Both the position numbers and the translations under genes were made by a program. This document shows positions 8,001 through 16,144 of a DNA stretch of 29,072 nucleotides, piece by piece. Origin of the DNA: Pyrinomonadaceae bacterium (GTDB taxonomy: Bacteria; Acidobacteriota; Blastocatellia; Pyrinomonadales; Pyrinomonadaceae); contig DATFEW010000163.1 in assembly GCA_035250805.1 (NCBI GenBank), positions 1-29,072 of the forward strand, given 5' to 3'. Within the stretch, counting starts at the first letter, position 1, and each line of letters opens with the position of its first letter. The notes under the pieces were generated by a model. It searched no databases and had not been told where the DNA came from. It saw nothing but the letters and a program-made list of their open reading frames with translations.

Positions 8001-9005
8001 CTTACGGAAGCTGCGTTTATTACGCAACTACGAAACGGAACGGTTGCCGATCTGGCTCAATTGTTTGTTACGGGTAATTTGAATAATCATCCGACATTGG
8101 CAAGTCCGGGTAACACGCCGTTTGTCAAGTTTTATCCGAATCCTAACAGCGGAAACATCACACTCATGATGAACGATGCGAGCTACAACTACAACTCGCT
8201 TCAGTTAGACCTCCGTCGCCGGTTTACCGGAGGATTGCTGTTGGGTGCGAACTACACCTGGTCAAAGAACTTGACCAACGGTCAGGGAACAGCCCAGGCG
8301 TTGAATGAGACGTATTTGCAGCTAAACGATAAGGAACGCGATTATCAGCGGGCTGATTTCGATATTGCACATACCTTCAACTTCAACGGAATTTATCAGT
8401 TCCCGTTCGGCAAGGGCAGAAGGTTTCTGAACGACAATTCGTGGCTCAATTACATTATCGGCGGTTGGGAGATCTCAGGTATCGTTCAGATACGGTCGGG
8501 GGTGCCGATCACCTTCGTCGACAATCGGGGAACGCTGAACCGAGGCACGTTCTCGGGACGCCAAACGCCGAACAGCACGCTGACCACGGACCAGATCCAG
8601 GATCTTACCGGTGTGTTTGAAGCCAACGGAAAAATTTATTGGATCGATCCGTCGATCATTTGCTCCAACGGAACAGGCAGCGGAGGGTACATTCACCCGT
8701 CTAATGCCAACACGGTCTGCCCGGGACAGATATTCTTTAATCCAGGTCCCGGCGAAACAGGAACGCTCCCACGTGCCTTTATCGACGGACCGGGTTACTG
8801 GAATGCGAATGCGGCACTACTGAAAAACTTCCAGTTTACTGAAACGATGAAACTTCAGTTTAGAATGGAGGCATTCAATGTGTTCAACAACGTCAACTTC
8901 CAGAACAACTTCCAATTGGCGAACATAAACGGAACTACATTTGGGCAAATTATCGCTTCCTATCCGTCGCGGGTCGTGCAGCTTGCCCTTAGATTTGAGT
9001 TCTAA
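5097..9005 (+). CDS. TonB-dependent receptor 1 with N-terminal carboxypeptidase-regulatory-like domain (Oar-like, Acidobacteria type)
   Basis: Signal peptide MRKVLIPVLAISVFALVAFG|Q. Motifs G-x-Y-T-V-K-I-T-A-P-G-F, LPLLxRNPLDL-type plug, RGTNEFHGALFEYNRN, D-x-W-x-I-R-P-G-L-T-L-N-A-G-V-R-W-E, N-N-F-A-P-S-V-S-I-A-W, F-R-M-E-A-F-N-V-F-N. C-terminal LRFEF. Start moved to ATG 5097 (RBS GAGAGG at 5081-5086). Confidence 0.9.
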   Translation: MRKVLIPVLAISVFALVAFGQTPTGSLVGTVAGPDGVLPGATVEIKYDLTGKTQTVTTNSSGGFSFVQLEPGTYTVKITAPGFKGFIANEVKVDVGREFNMSPVLQVGGIEESVTVTTGADIITSTTGQISNTVSPQQILSMPLLTRNPLDLTTLQAGVQSSANGGVAPFQLTTINGMRTSATNITRDGISINDPFIRANATDFAPGRPSVDDTGEFTIITGAQEADSGGGAQIQVVTPRGTNEFHGALFEYNRNSALAANNFFNNRSGTPIPYRNRNQYGGKVGGPFPVPHFGEGGPIIDMGKGFFFFAYEAVKDPVSQLYTRTILTPAARSGAFSFLRAAAGSPFNANGISCPSGAVASTCTVANVLTFAQGQGLPGIPSTINPLIQSRILDLMPETGNFTGLGDGVNTTGFSLDRQFNTTRDTYTTRIDLDATDKDSFNFVYSWNREDVLRPDVDDTGFTPSPDVTQFSENLQLSFAYRRMITSNIVNEFRWGRFTNEVPFDRISEYPDFYINSLPTNGTIPTTTLQFPLGTLLGGLITNPINVFMDQGRNNEVMTFADNATWVMGNHSFRFGGLYQKYEVNSYNDFGIVPHYYIGNTTSTTLTGNNFANVGGSGSVINNTQLAQVNGLLALLGGLVNAEQQAFNMKDIETGYVRGERQLAPFINWNHALYFTDRWQIRPGLTLNAGVRWEIYPALRLDNGLALEAVITDPDDPAASLLAGNGSFNTVGTNAGQEFRFYKTDWNNFAPSVSIAWAPNFDSGIGGFLFGKEGRTVIRAGYSHVYANDQIITSLNATITSAGTGNVGLGRQTINAIGPAGTTQLNLRAGQTQDIPTPLFTGPNRTFLQNSGAAQNFFGNAGAIDPNLQIPMIRQYTVGIQRELPWDMVFEARYVGTSSGNLLRSINLNEIDVINNGFLADFQRAQANLALTGTTAFCNPATVTGCQTLTLFRNVAVGPQPLRVGTSALTEAAFITQLRNGTVADLAQLFVTGNLNNHPTLASPGNTPFVKFYPNPNSGNITLMMNDASYNYNSLQLDLRRRFTGGLLLGANYTWSKNLTNGQGTAQALNETYLQLNDKERDYQRADFDIAHTFNFNGIYQFPFGKGRRFLNDNSWLNYIIGGWEISGIVQIRSGVPITFVDNRGTLNRGTFSGRQTPNSTLTTDQIQDLTGVFEANGKIYWIDPSIICSNGTGSGGYIHPSNANTVCPGQIFFNPGPGETGTLPRAFIDGPGYWNANAALLKNFQFTETMKLQFRMEAFNVFNNVNFQNNFQLANINGTTFGQIIASYPSRVVQLALRFEF

Positions 9006-9027
9006 AACTTTCGACAAATGTCCTTAG

Positions 9028-9056
9028 GGCTGCCTGAAATGGCAGCCTCTTTTTTT
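9028..9056 (+). terminator. Intrinsic terminator after receptor 1
   Basis: GGCTGCC-TGAAAT-GGCAGCC stem followed by TCTTTTTTT, 22 nt after the stop. Confidence 0.8.
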
Positions 9057-9299
9057 GAGTTGTGCAAAAGAATTCGGTCCTCTCGATGTCGAGCAGAGCT
9101 ATGCATCAGCGCTTTATCGTCGAATTCAATATTTTGAAGTTTTTGAACGGGACCCAACGCTTTTTGAACCGCAAAATCTCCGAGATTTCCGATAAAGCAA
9201 GAATTTCCGAAGAACTAAAACTAGCGTGACGAATGTACCTGGCCGGGATGCCTGCGTATTCTCTCGCGTATAAATCGGTTTTCCCTCTATATACAGAAA

Positions 9300-9314
9300 A
9301 GGCACGCATATTGC
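9300..9314 (+). promoter_or_regulatory. Sigma-54 -24/-12 promoter of TonB-dependent receptor 2
   Basis: AGGCACGCATATTGC matches GGCACG…TTGC with exact GG-N10-GC spacing. Confidence 0.7.
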
Positions 9315-9352
9315 CCTTTCAACCACGACAGGCGAGACGTGAATTTCGATCT

Positions 9353-9368
9353 GTTCGATATTTTGAAC
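9353..9368 (+). promoter_or_regulatory. Conserved 16-bp box in the 5' UTR of receptor 2
   Basis: GTTCGATATTTTGAAC has outer arms GTTC/GAAC that form an inverted repeat. Same offset from the sigma-54 site as 5025-5040. Confidence 0.55.
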
Positions 9369-9488
9369 AACCCCCATGCAAAGGCCAGTCGGCATATTTT
9401 CCCTCTCAACACGCTGGCGGAAAATATCGAAAGTGCTGCAACGTCCCGCTTCTGAACCCATGATAAAGAGTTCGAATCAGGAGATAAT

Positions 9489-12400
9489 ATGAGATCTTTA
9501 AACCTTTCAATCGTTATATTTATTTTGATAGCCGCGATGAGCTTTGCGGTGTCCGGACAGGCGACCGGCGGAGCCGTCACCGGGACGGTCGTCGATCCCA
9601 ACGGCGCGGTTGTTCCCAACGCCACGATCAAAATGTCAAACCGGGAACGCGGCCAGGAATTTACGGGCCAGACATCAGCGGACGGGATCTTTCTGTTCCC
9701 GAACGTGCCTGTAGGAAACTATACCGTAAAGATCTCTGCACCCGGGTTTGGGGAATCGACCCGTGAGGCCGTGGTTACGTTGAATCAAACCGCAACGGTG
9801 GATACTATCCTCCAGGCGGCAGGAGCAACAGGTGTGGTCGACGTGGTGGCCGGCAGCGAGGTCGTTGTCCAAACCGAAACATCGCAGGTCGGGAAAACTT
9901 TTGAAACCCGAAAGGTGTTGGACCTGCCGATCAACAATAATGTCAACAACCTCGCTATCCTCGCACCGAACGCGATCCCTTCAGTGAACGGAACCGCGGG
10001 TGACGGAACCGCCAGCGCCAGTGCTGTGATCGGCGGTGTTCGCAGCCGCGGCAACGGGTTTAACATCGACGGTGTTGATAACTATGCTCCGGACGTCGCC
10101 GGGCCTTCAACAGCGCCGATACAGGATGCAATTCAGGAATTCACGCTTTTGCAGAACAACTTTAATGCGGAATTCGGCGCGGGTGCCGGAGGTATGTTCA
10201 ACACGATCACAAAGTCGGGCACGAATGACTACCACGGCAGTGTCTTTACATACATCAATAGCCAGCGCTTCAACGCCGCCGGGACAGATGAGTCAGAACA
10301 AGGATTCAAAAACTTCCTCAAGGAGGTAAGATGGGGCGGTACTTTCGGCGGTCCGCTGCCATATCCACACTTCGGTGAAGGGGGTCCGATCTTCAACTCC
10401 GGGAAGAACAAGCTGTTCTTTTTCGCGGCGTTCGAAAAATATTACCAGACCGGGTCCACCGCGGCGGATACGAGAAACTTCATTGCTCCGACAGCTGCGG
10501 GACTCGATCAGCTTGCCGCAATGCCGGGTGTGAGCCCCTTTGCGATCAATATACTCAGGAATAACGTTACGCTTGCGCCAAATGCAGATTATTTGAGCGG
10601 CATAACCACCGACGAAGAGGGCAATGTGGTCATTCCCGCGATAAACACATTTGGAGTCACGGGGATTCCGTTTGGCGAAGTTATCCTTCCGATACCAGCT
10701 TTCCAGGACCAGAACTCGTTCCAATTTAACGTAGATCACACGCCGAACGATAAAAATCAGTTCCGGTATCGCTACAGTCGGACAAGGTATCTGGCCGAGC
10801 AGGCCGGATTCGGATCAATCGAGTTCAACAACAATGCGACGTACGATACTGATCTTTTCTCGTTCAATTACATAAAAACCTTCTCGTCGTCGGTGGTCAA
10901 TGACTTGCGGCTGTCGTACCTTCAAACTGCCGAGAATTTCCCATTGAAGGACCCCTCCTTTTCGGAGTTTCCGAACATAGAGATCGATGCCCTTGCCCTT
11001 GCGATCGGGCCGGGAGGAAATTTACCGCAAAATGGATACGTTAAGAACTACCAGGTTTTCGATGCGCTTACGGTTGTATCGGGCCATCACGTTTTCAAGT
11101 TCGGAGGTGACTGGCGGCGCGGTCTCAACGGTGGGAACTTCCTTCCGCGCGAACGCGGCGACTACGGTTACACGAGGCTCGACATTTTCCTTCGGGACGA
11201 TATTCCTGACAACGTGAATATACGCGGTGTCGGCTCAGGGGCGTTCATTGGCGATAATCACAGGTTCTTTACCTTTTTCCAGGACGACTGGAAGGTGAGA
11301 CCCAATCTAACACTCAATCTGGGAGTCAGATATGAGTACCAGGGGCTATTCAGGGACGCGGCGCTGCAGGCGACCGCCGCCAACGCAAGTGTGCCCGGCG
11401 TGATCGAATTCGGTGTGCCGCAAGCAGACAAGAATAACTGGGCCCCTCGTATCGGGTTCGCGTGGGCCCCGAACTTCAAGGGCTCCGTCGGAAGATTCAT
11501 ATTCGGTGAGGCCGGTGAAAGTTCGATCCGCGGAAATTTCTCGCGGGCGTTCTTTGCTAACTTTACCAACCTGGTTTCCATCAGCTTGCCACCAACATTA
11601 CAGGGGGAACTTCATGACACGGGCTCGGCGACGAATTTTCTATTGAATGGAGGCGCCGCAAACGATCCCTTCATCCCGGACCTGTCGCCGGAATTCCTTC
11701 GTGCAAATGCCGGGTCGTACATATTCGATCAGATCGTTCCATATACTGATTCGTTCGCATTCTCGTTTCAACGGCAGATCGGATCGGACAACGCGCTCGA
11801 GATCAGGTATTTGCGAACGCGGTCTAAGCAGATGCCCGTTCAGGTTCAGTTGAATGGCGGTCAAACCCCTGATTCGGCATATGTGATTCCCACGTTTCTT
11901 ACTACTCCGACGGCGGCGGACGTTGCCGGACTACCGACGATCGATCAGGTGATCGACAATAATCCGACTCTCGGCGTGGGCCCGTTGGATGAATTCGGAT
12001 TCGGGGGAGTACTTACTGGGTTCCCGCCGATCGGCAAGTCGAATTACGACGGTGTGTCATTCAGTATGACACGTCGATTCGCCAATAACCTCGGCTTTAC
12101 CGCGGCCTATACGTTCAGCAAAACGGAAGACAATTCGACTAACGAATTGAACACGAGCGCGCTGAACCCACGCAGGCCTCAGGACGCCGGGAATTTTTTC
12201 TCTGCCGAAGGATTGAACATCGACGCCGAATGGGGGCCGTCACCTCTTGATGTGCCGCATCGATTCGTTGCTTCCTTCAATTATGAACTGCCGTTTTTTA
12301 ACAACAGCTCAAATGCCTTTTTGAAAGCGGTCTTTGGCGGATTTTCATTAAACGGTATATTCCAGGCGCAGTCGGGTCAACCTATAACGATCCGTTCCGG

Positions 12401-12920
12401 GCAAGACTCGAATTTAAATAACGACGCTGCCGGGGACAGGGCGCTCTTCAATCCGGAAGGCGACCCGACGCTTAGCAGCGGAATCTACGCGGTCAATGCC
12501 GCCGGCCAACGGATCCAGGAGCTTGTCAATGGACAAATGGTAGATGTGCTGGACTCGGGTGATACGGTAGCGTGGGTTGCCCTCAATCCAAGTGCCGCCT
12601 GGATCACTACGGGATTCCTCGCCGAAGAGCTTGCCGGAAACGGCGCCGGGACTTCCAGACGAAATGCATTCCGCACCAACGGGTTCAATCAAACCGATCT
12701 CGTTGTGCTGAAGAACACTCGATTTGGGCCGGACGGCCGCTTCAACTTCCAGATAGGCGCTGAGATCTTTGATCTGTTCAACCAGCGGCCAAAAACCCTG
12801 ACCGGTGTGGGAGCCCAAACCGGTGCTTTCGCCATCGCAGGAAATACCAATTTCAATAACTATGAACTCGGCGCGTACATCGGCCGGAAGATCCACCTGC
12901 GAGCTAAGTTCATTTTCTAA
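9489..12920 (+). CDS. TonB-dependent receptor 2 with N-terminal carboxypeptidase-regulatory-like domain
   Basis: AGGAG RBS. Signal peptide ending AVSG|Q. Motifs GTVVDPNGAVVPNA, DAIQEF, AEFG, TKSGTNDYHGS, QDDWKVRPNLTLNLGVRYEY, NNWAPRIGFAW. C-terminal AKFIF. Confidence 0.92.
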   Translation: MRSLNLSIVIFILIAAMSFAVSGQATGGAVTGTVVDPNGAVVPNATIKMSNRERGQEFTGQTSADGIFLFPNVPVGNYTVKISAPGFGESTREAVVTLNQTATVDTILQAAGATGVVDVVAGSEVVVQTETSQVGKTFETRKVLDLPINNNVNNLAILAPNAIPSVNGTAGDGTASASAVIGGVRSRGNGFNIDGVDNYAPDVAGPSTAPIQDAIQEFTLLQNNFNAEFGAGAGGMFNTITKSGTNDYHGSVFTYINSQRFNAAGTDESEQGFKNFLKEVRWGGTFGGPLPYPHFGEGGPIFNSGKNKLFFFAAFEKYYQTGSTAADTRNFIAPTAAGLDQLAAMPGVSPFAINILRNNVTLAPNADYLSGITTDEEGNVVIPAINTFGVTGIPFGEVILPIPAFQDQNSFQFNVDHTPNDKNQFRYRYSRTRYLAEQAGFGSIEFNNNATYDTDLFSFNYIKTFSSSVVNDLRLSYLQTAENFPLKDPSFSEFPNIEIDALALAIGPGGNLPQNGYVKNYQVFDALTVVSGHHVFKFGGDWRRGLNGGNFLPRERGDYGYTRLDIFLRDDIPDNVNIRGVGSGAFIGDNHRFFTFFQDDWKVRPNLTLNLGVRYEYQGLFRDAALQATAANASVPGVIEFGVPQADKNNWAPRIGFAWAPNFKGSVGRFIFGEAGESSIRGNFSRAFFANFTNLVSISLPPTLQGELHDTGSATNFLLNGGAANDPFIPDLSPEFLRANAGSYIFDQIVPYTDSFAFSFQRQIGSDNALEIRYLRTRSKQMPVQVQLNGGQTPDSAYVIPTFLTTPTAADVAGLPTIDQVIDNNPTLGVGPLDEFGFGGVLTGFPPIGKSNYDGVSFSMTRRFANNLGFTAAYTFSKTEDNSTNELNTSALNPRRPQDAGNFFSAEGLNIDAEWGPSPLDVPHRFVASFNYELPFFNNSSNAFLKAVFGGFSLNGIFQAQSGQPITIRSGQDSNLNNDAAGDRALFNPEGDPTLSSGIYAVNAAGQRIQELVNGQMVDVLDSGDTVAWVALNPSAAWITTGFLAEELAGNGAGTSRRNAFRTNGFNQTDLVVLKNTRFGPDGRFNFQIGAEIFDLFNQRPKTLTGVGAQTGAFAIAGNTNFNNYELGAYIGRKIHLRAKFIF

Positions 12921-12940
12921 ACGGAAATGGATTTGTAGTG

Positions 12941-12976
12941 ATGTGTGCCATCTTAATCAGGGTGGCACACATTTTT
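12941..12976 (+). terminator. Intrinsic terminator after receptor 2
   Basis: ATGTGTGCCATC-8 nt loop-GGTGGCACACAT 12-bp stem (one G-U pair) followed by TTTT. Confidence 0.75.
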
Positions 12977-13216
12977 CATTAAGTAATAAGGGCAGGCGCC
13001 GGATCGCTTGTGAAGCTTTTTTCTTATCGGTCGTTGAATCCGGCCCGCGTACAAAGTCACAAACCAGAAACCCGCGGTGTTTAATTTAATGTGCTTCTAT
13101 TCCAAAGATTGAAACCTTGAAGCGCCGGAAACCGTACGGATTGTCAGCACAAGTTGGAAAATTAGGATACGGAAACAGCAACACGATTAATTTGGGGTGC
13201 ATCGTATTGAATTACT

Positions 13217-15370
13217 TTGACAGCAGATAAGGCGAACATTCTTAAATTGCCGGTGCGCGAAGCGATCTCCTATGTGTTCGATGACTTCCGTCTTGATGTA
13301 GAACGGCAGGAATTACAGAAAAAAGGCCAACCTGTCCCGTTAACCCACAAGGCTTTCCAGGTCCTGCTTATACTTATCCAAAATTCAGAACAAACGGTCG
13401 AAAAAGAGTACATATACGAGCAACTCTGGGGCGACAGTTTCGTTGAAGATGCGAACCTCACGCAGCACATATACATTCTTCGCAAAACACTCGGTCAGAT
13501 GCCCTCCGGCGACTCTTATATAGAAACTGTCGCAAGGACCGGATATCGATTTTCGGCCAAGGTGCGCCCGATTTATTCCCCGACGGTCATCGACGGTTAC
13601 TTTGCACCGAACCACCCCGCCGAACCTTCGATGCAGCGGGAGTCGCTGCCTGCCGACGGACAACATCTGGGATGGGCCGAGCCGCCGGCACCAACAAGTT
13701 CGCAACCGCAAGTTTCCGAACGGGCCTCTAATGTTGGTGATACGACGCGACCCGAGACGCGAAAGCGAGGACGAAAACGAGGCATCCTGGCAGCGGCGGC
13801 CCTCGTAGGACTTTCAGTCGCGGTCATTGTCCTGGCCGTATATTTTCGTCCGCAGAGTTCCCCGGTCCCCGGCGGTAGGGCCCGCTCTCTCGCGGTACTT
13901 CCATTCAAAGCGATAGGCGGGAACGGAAACAATGACAAGCTCGGTCTCGGCATGGCGGACTCGATCATTACGCGGTTGAGCAAGCTCCAACATATACCGG
14001 TCCGCCCGACCAGTTCGGTCGTTCGGTACACGGACGCTCCGGCCTCAAATTCTATGGTCGCCGGACAGGAAATGGGTGTCGAAACCGTTCTTGAGGGTAC
14101 GGTGCAGCACGAAGGTGACCGCATTCGAGTGTCTGTACAGCTAATCGATGTTTACACCGGGCGTTCGCTGTGGGCAGAGAACTTTGACGAAAGTTTTACA
14201 AACATATTTTCGGTGCAGGATTCGATCTCGCATAAAGTAGTAAGCGCGCTGGCGATCAATCTTACCCAACAACAGGAACAGCTCCTTAGCCAGGATGCGA
14301 CCAACAGCGTGGACGCCCTTCAGGCATACCAGATGGGCGTTTACCTTCACAGTACCCGGACGAAACAAAATATGCTTCGAGCCATCGATTATTTTGAAGA
14401 AGCGATCGGCCACGACCCGAACTATGCGAAGGCTTATGCAATGGAGGCCGACGTTTACAATATGCTTCGATACTATCGCTACGCCGACCCGAACGAGACA
14501 CGGGAGAAGGCCACGGTGCTTGCAAATAAGGCGTTGGAACTCAATAAAGATATACCCGAGGCGTACATCGCACTTGCAAATCTGCAGGACACCGGGAAGG
14601 ACGGGGCGGCCGGGGCCAAAAAGCTTCTTGAAAAGGCGATCGAGCTTTCTCCTTACAATTCTACGGCACGCCTCCGCTACGCATGGATCATTGCTGACGA
14701 TGATCTCGACGCGGCCTCGGAACAAATGCGGCTTGCACAGGAATACGATCCGCTTTCCGGGCTTACTAACGGGGCCTATTGCAACATTCTGATATTTCAA
14801 AAGCGCTATAAAGAGGCTATCCGATTTGGCGAACGTTCGGTCGAATTGACATTTGATTCGCCAACAACACGCATTCTGCTTGCCGATGCATACTTTCTCG
14901 ATGGTCGAGTTGGAGATGCGATCGCGCAGATCAATAGACGGATCAGCGAGACAGAGGGGACAGAAAAATTAATGGCGGAAGGGTCACTCGGATACTACCT
15001 CGCCAAATCCGGCAGGACACAGGAGGCAGCTTCGATCTATACGCGCTTGAAAGCTGCTCTAGAGGCACATGCTCAGGTTATTAACGACCTTGTCCTGATC
15101 GCTTACGCCTTAGGACGTATCGACGAAGGCCTCCGGTATTTCGAACGCGCTTTTAAAGAGAGCCGGGTTCCGATGCTTATGTTCGATCACAGCCCGATCT
15201 GGGAGGACGTGCGCGGCGACAAGCGTGTTTATGATGTGATCGAACGGTTGAGAACTGACCGCTTTACCGGACAAGTTTGGCCGGAGCCGAAAAGAGCTCC
15301 AAACTTCCGTGAGCAAGGAGATATGTTCCCACCAAACGGCCGTCCCGATCTCGCCGTACGAAGTCTATAA
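13217..15370 (+). CDS. Membrane-anchored winged-helix (CadC/OmpR-type Trans_reg_C) regulator with TolB-like and TPR periplasmic region
   Basis: N-terminal FDDFRLD…LLILIQNS…LWGDSFVEDANLTQHIYILRKTLG…YIETVARTGYRF, then a Pro-rich linker and one TM helix (GILAAAALVGLSVAVIVLAVYF). These are followed by SLAVLPFK…LGLGMADSIITRLSKL and TPR-like helices (AIGHDPNYAKAYA, AIELSPYN, AQEYDPLS). Start codon (TTG) is uncertain. Confidence 0.85.
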   Translation: MTADKANILKLPVREAISYVFDDFRLDVERQELQKKGQPVPLTHKAFQVLLILIQNSEQTVEKEYIYEQLWGDSFVEDANLTQHIYILRKTLGQMPSGDSYIETVARTGYRFSAKVRPIYSPTVIDGYFAPNHPAEPSMQRESLPADGQHLGWAEPPAPTSSQPQVSERASNVGDTTRPETRKRGRKRGILAAAALVGLSVAVIVLAVYFRPQSSPVPGGRARSLAVLPFKAIGGNGNNDKLGLGMADSIITRLSKLQHIPVRPTSSVVRYTDAPASNSMVAGQEMGVETVLEGTVQHEGDRIRVSVQLIDVYTGRSLWAENFDESFTNIFSVQDSISHKVVSALAINLTQQQEQLLSQDATNSVDALQAYQMGVYLHSTRTKQNMLRAIDYFEEAIGHDPNYAKAYAMEADVYNMLRYYRYADPNETREKATVLANKALELNKDIPEAYIALANLQDTGKDGAAGAKKLLEKAIELSPYNSTARLRYAWIIADDDLDAASEQMRLAQEYDPLSGLTNGAYCNILIFQKRYKEAIRFGERSVELTFDSPTTRILLADAYFLDGRVGDAIAQINRRISETEGTEKLMAEGSLGYYLAKSGRTQEAASIYTRLKAALEAHAQVINDLVLIAYALGRIDEGLRYFERAFKESRVPMLMFDHSPIWEDVRGDKRVYDVIERLRTDRFTGQVWPEPKRAPNFREQGDMFPPNGRPDLAVRSL

Positions 15371-16130
15371 CAATGAAACCGGCTGCGAGCGCTTCTGAAA
15401 AAATCCGTCGAGTTTCTTCGCGCCACAGCCGGGCTCGGTTCGGATCAATAGAATTAATGTCGTCGGGAATTTCGATCGCAACGGCACCTCCGGTCTCGGG
15501 AATCGACGCGACGGTTTCAGGCGCATTCCCATCTGTGCAGCGGATCAAAATGTTCTGATAAGTATCTGTAAATTCGGGCGGCGAATTTTGCTGGACCCTG
15601 TTCTCTACGCGCGCGCTGTCCAGAAGCCATGTGACCCAGAGCCGGTCGGTACCTGTTTGATGGAGCGGACTTGAAGTAGTTTCTCCGTAGAAATCGATCT
15701 TGTACTTGTCCGCAAGGACACCAAGCTTCCCGAAATTGAAGTGTGCGTTCATGCTCTGAAGCGGGTCAAACGTCCATGTCATCCTTTTAATGCCTTGTTC
15801 AAGAGCTCGATCACGCTGGGCCATTTTCAGTCGGTAACCAAGGTTATGGCGGCGATATGATGATCGGACGGCAAGCATATGAGAGTGATGAACTATCGCC
15901 CCGTCTTCCCGGCCAACAAATCCAAAAGCAAACCCGACGAGTGAAGAGCCTTCAAATGCGCCGATCAGAATTCCGCCAGACTCTCGTGCCGCAACGAGCA
16001 TCGTCAGTGGGACGATGTCGCGGTCGTCGCAACCCCAAACCTCCTTCTCCAGGGTCTCGACCACGCGCATCTCCTGAATGCTCTCTATGTCGCGGATAAT
16101 AATGTTCGCTGTTTCCGTTGCACGGGACAT
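15264..16130 (-). CDS. GNAT acyltransferase, likely D-amino-acid N-succinyltransferase type
   Basis: HSHMLAV…YRRHNLGYRLKMAQR…MTWTFDPLQSMNAHFNFGKLG…FYG…TDRLWVTW is the GNAT subfamily found beside NSAR/OSBS genes. No signal peptide. Confidence 0.75.
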   Translation of the reverse strand: MSRATETANIIIRDIESIQEMRVVETLEKEVWGCDDRDIVPLTMLVAARESGGILIGAFEGSSLVGFAFGFVGREDGAIVHHSHMLAVRSSYRRHNLGYRLKMAQRDRALEQGIKRMTWTFDPLQSMNAHFNFGKLGVLADKYKIDFYGETTSSPLHQTGTDRLWVTWLLDSARVENRVQQNSPPEFTDTYQNILIRCTDGNAPETVASIPETGGAVAIEIPDDINSIDPNRARLWREETRRIFSEALAAGFIVIDFVRRDRDGRLVGTYLLAHGSLELFSAPAKLVR

Positions 16131-16144
16131 GCAGAAAGTGTAGA

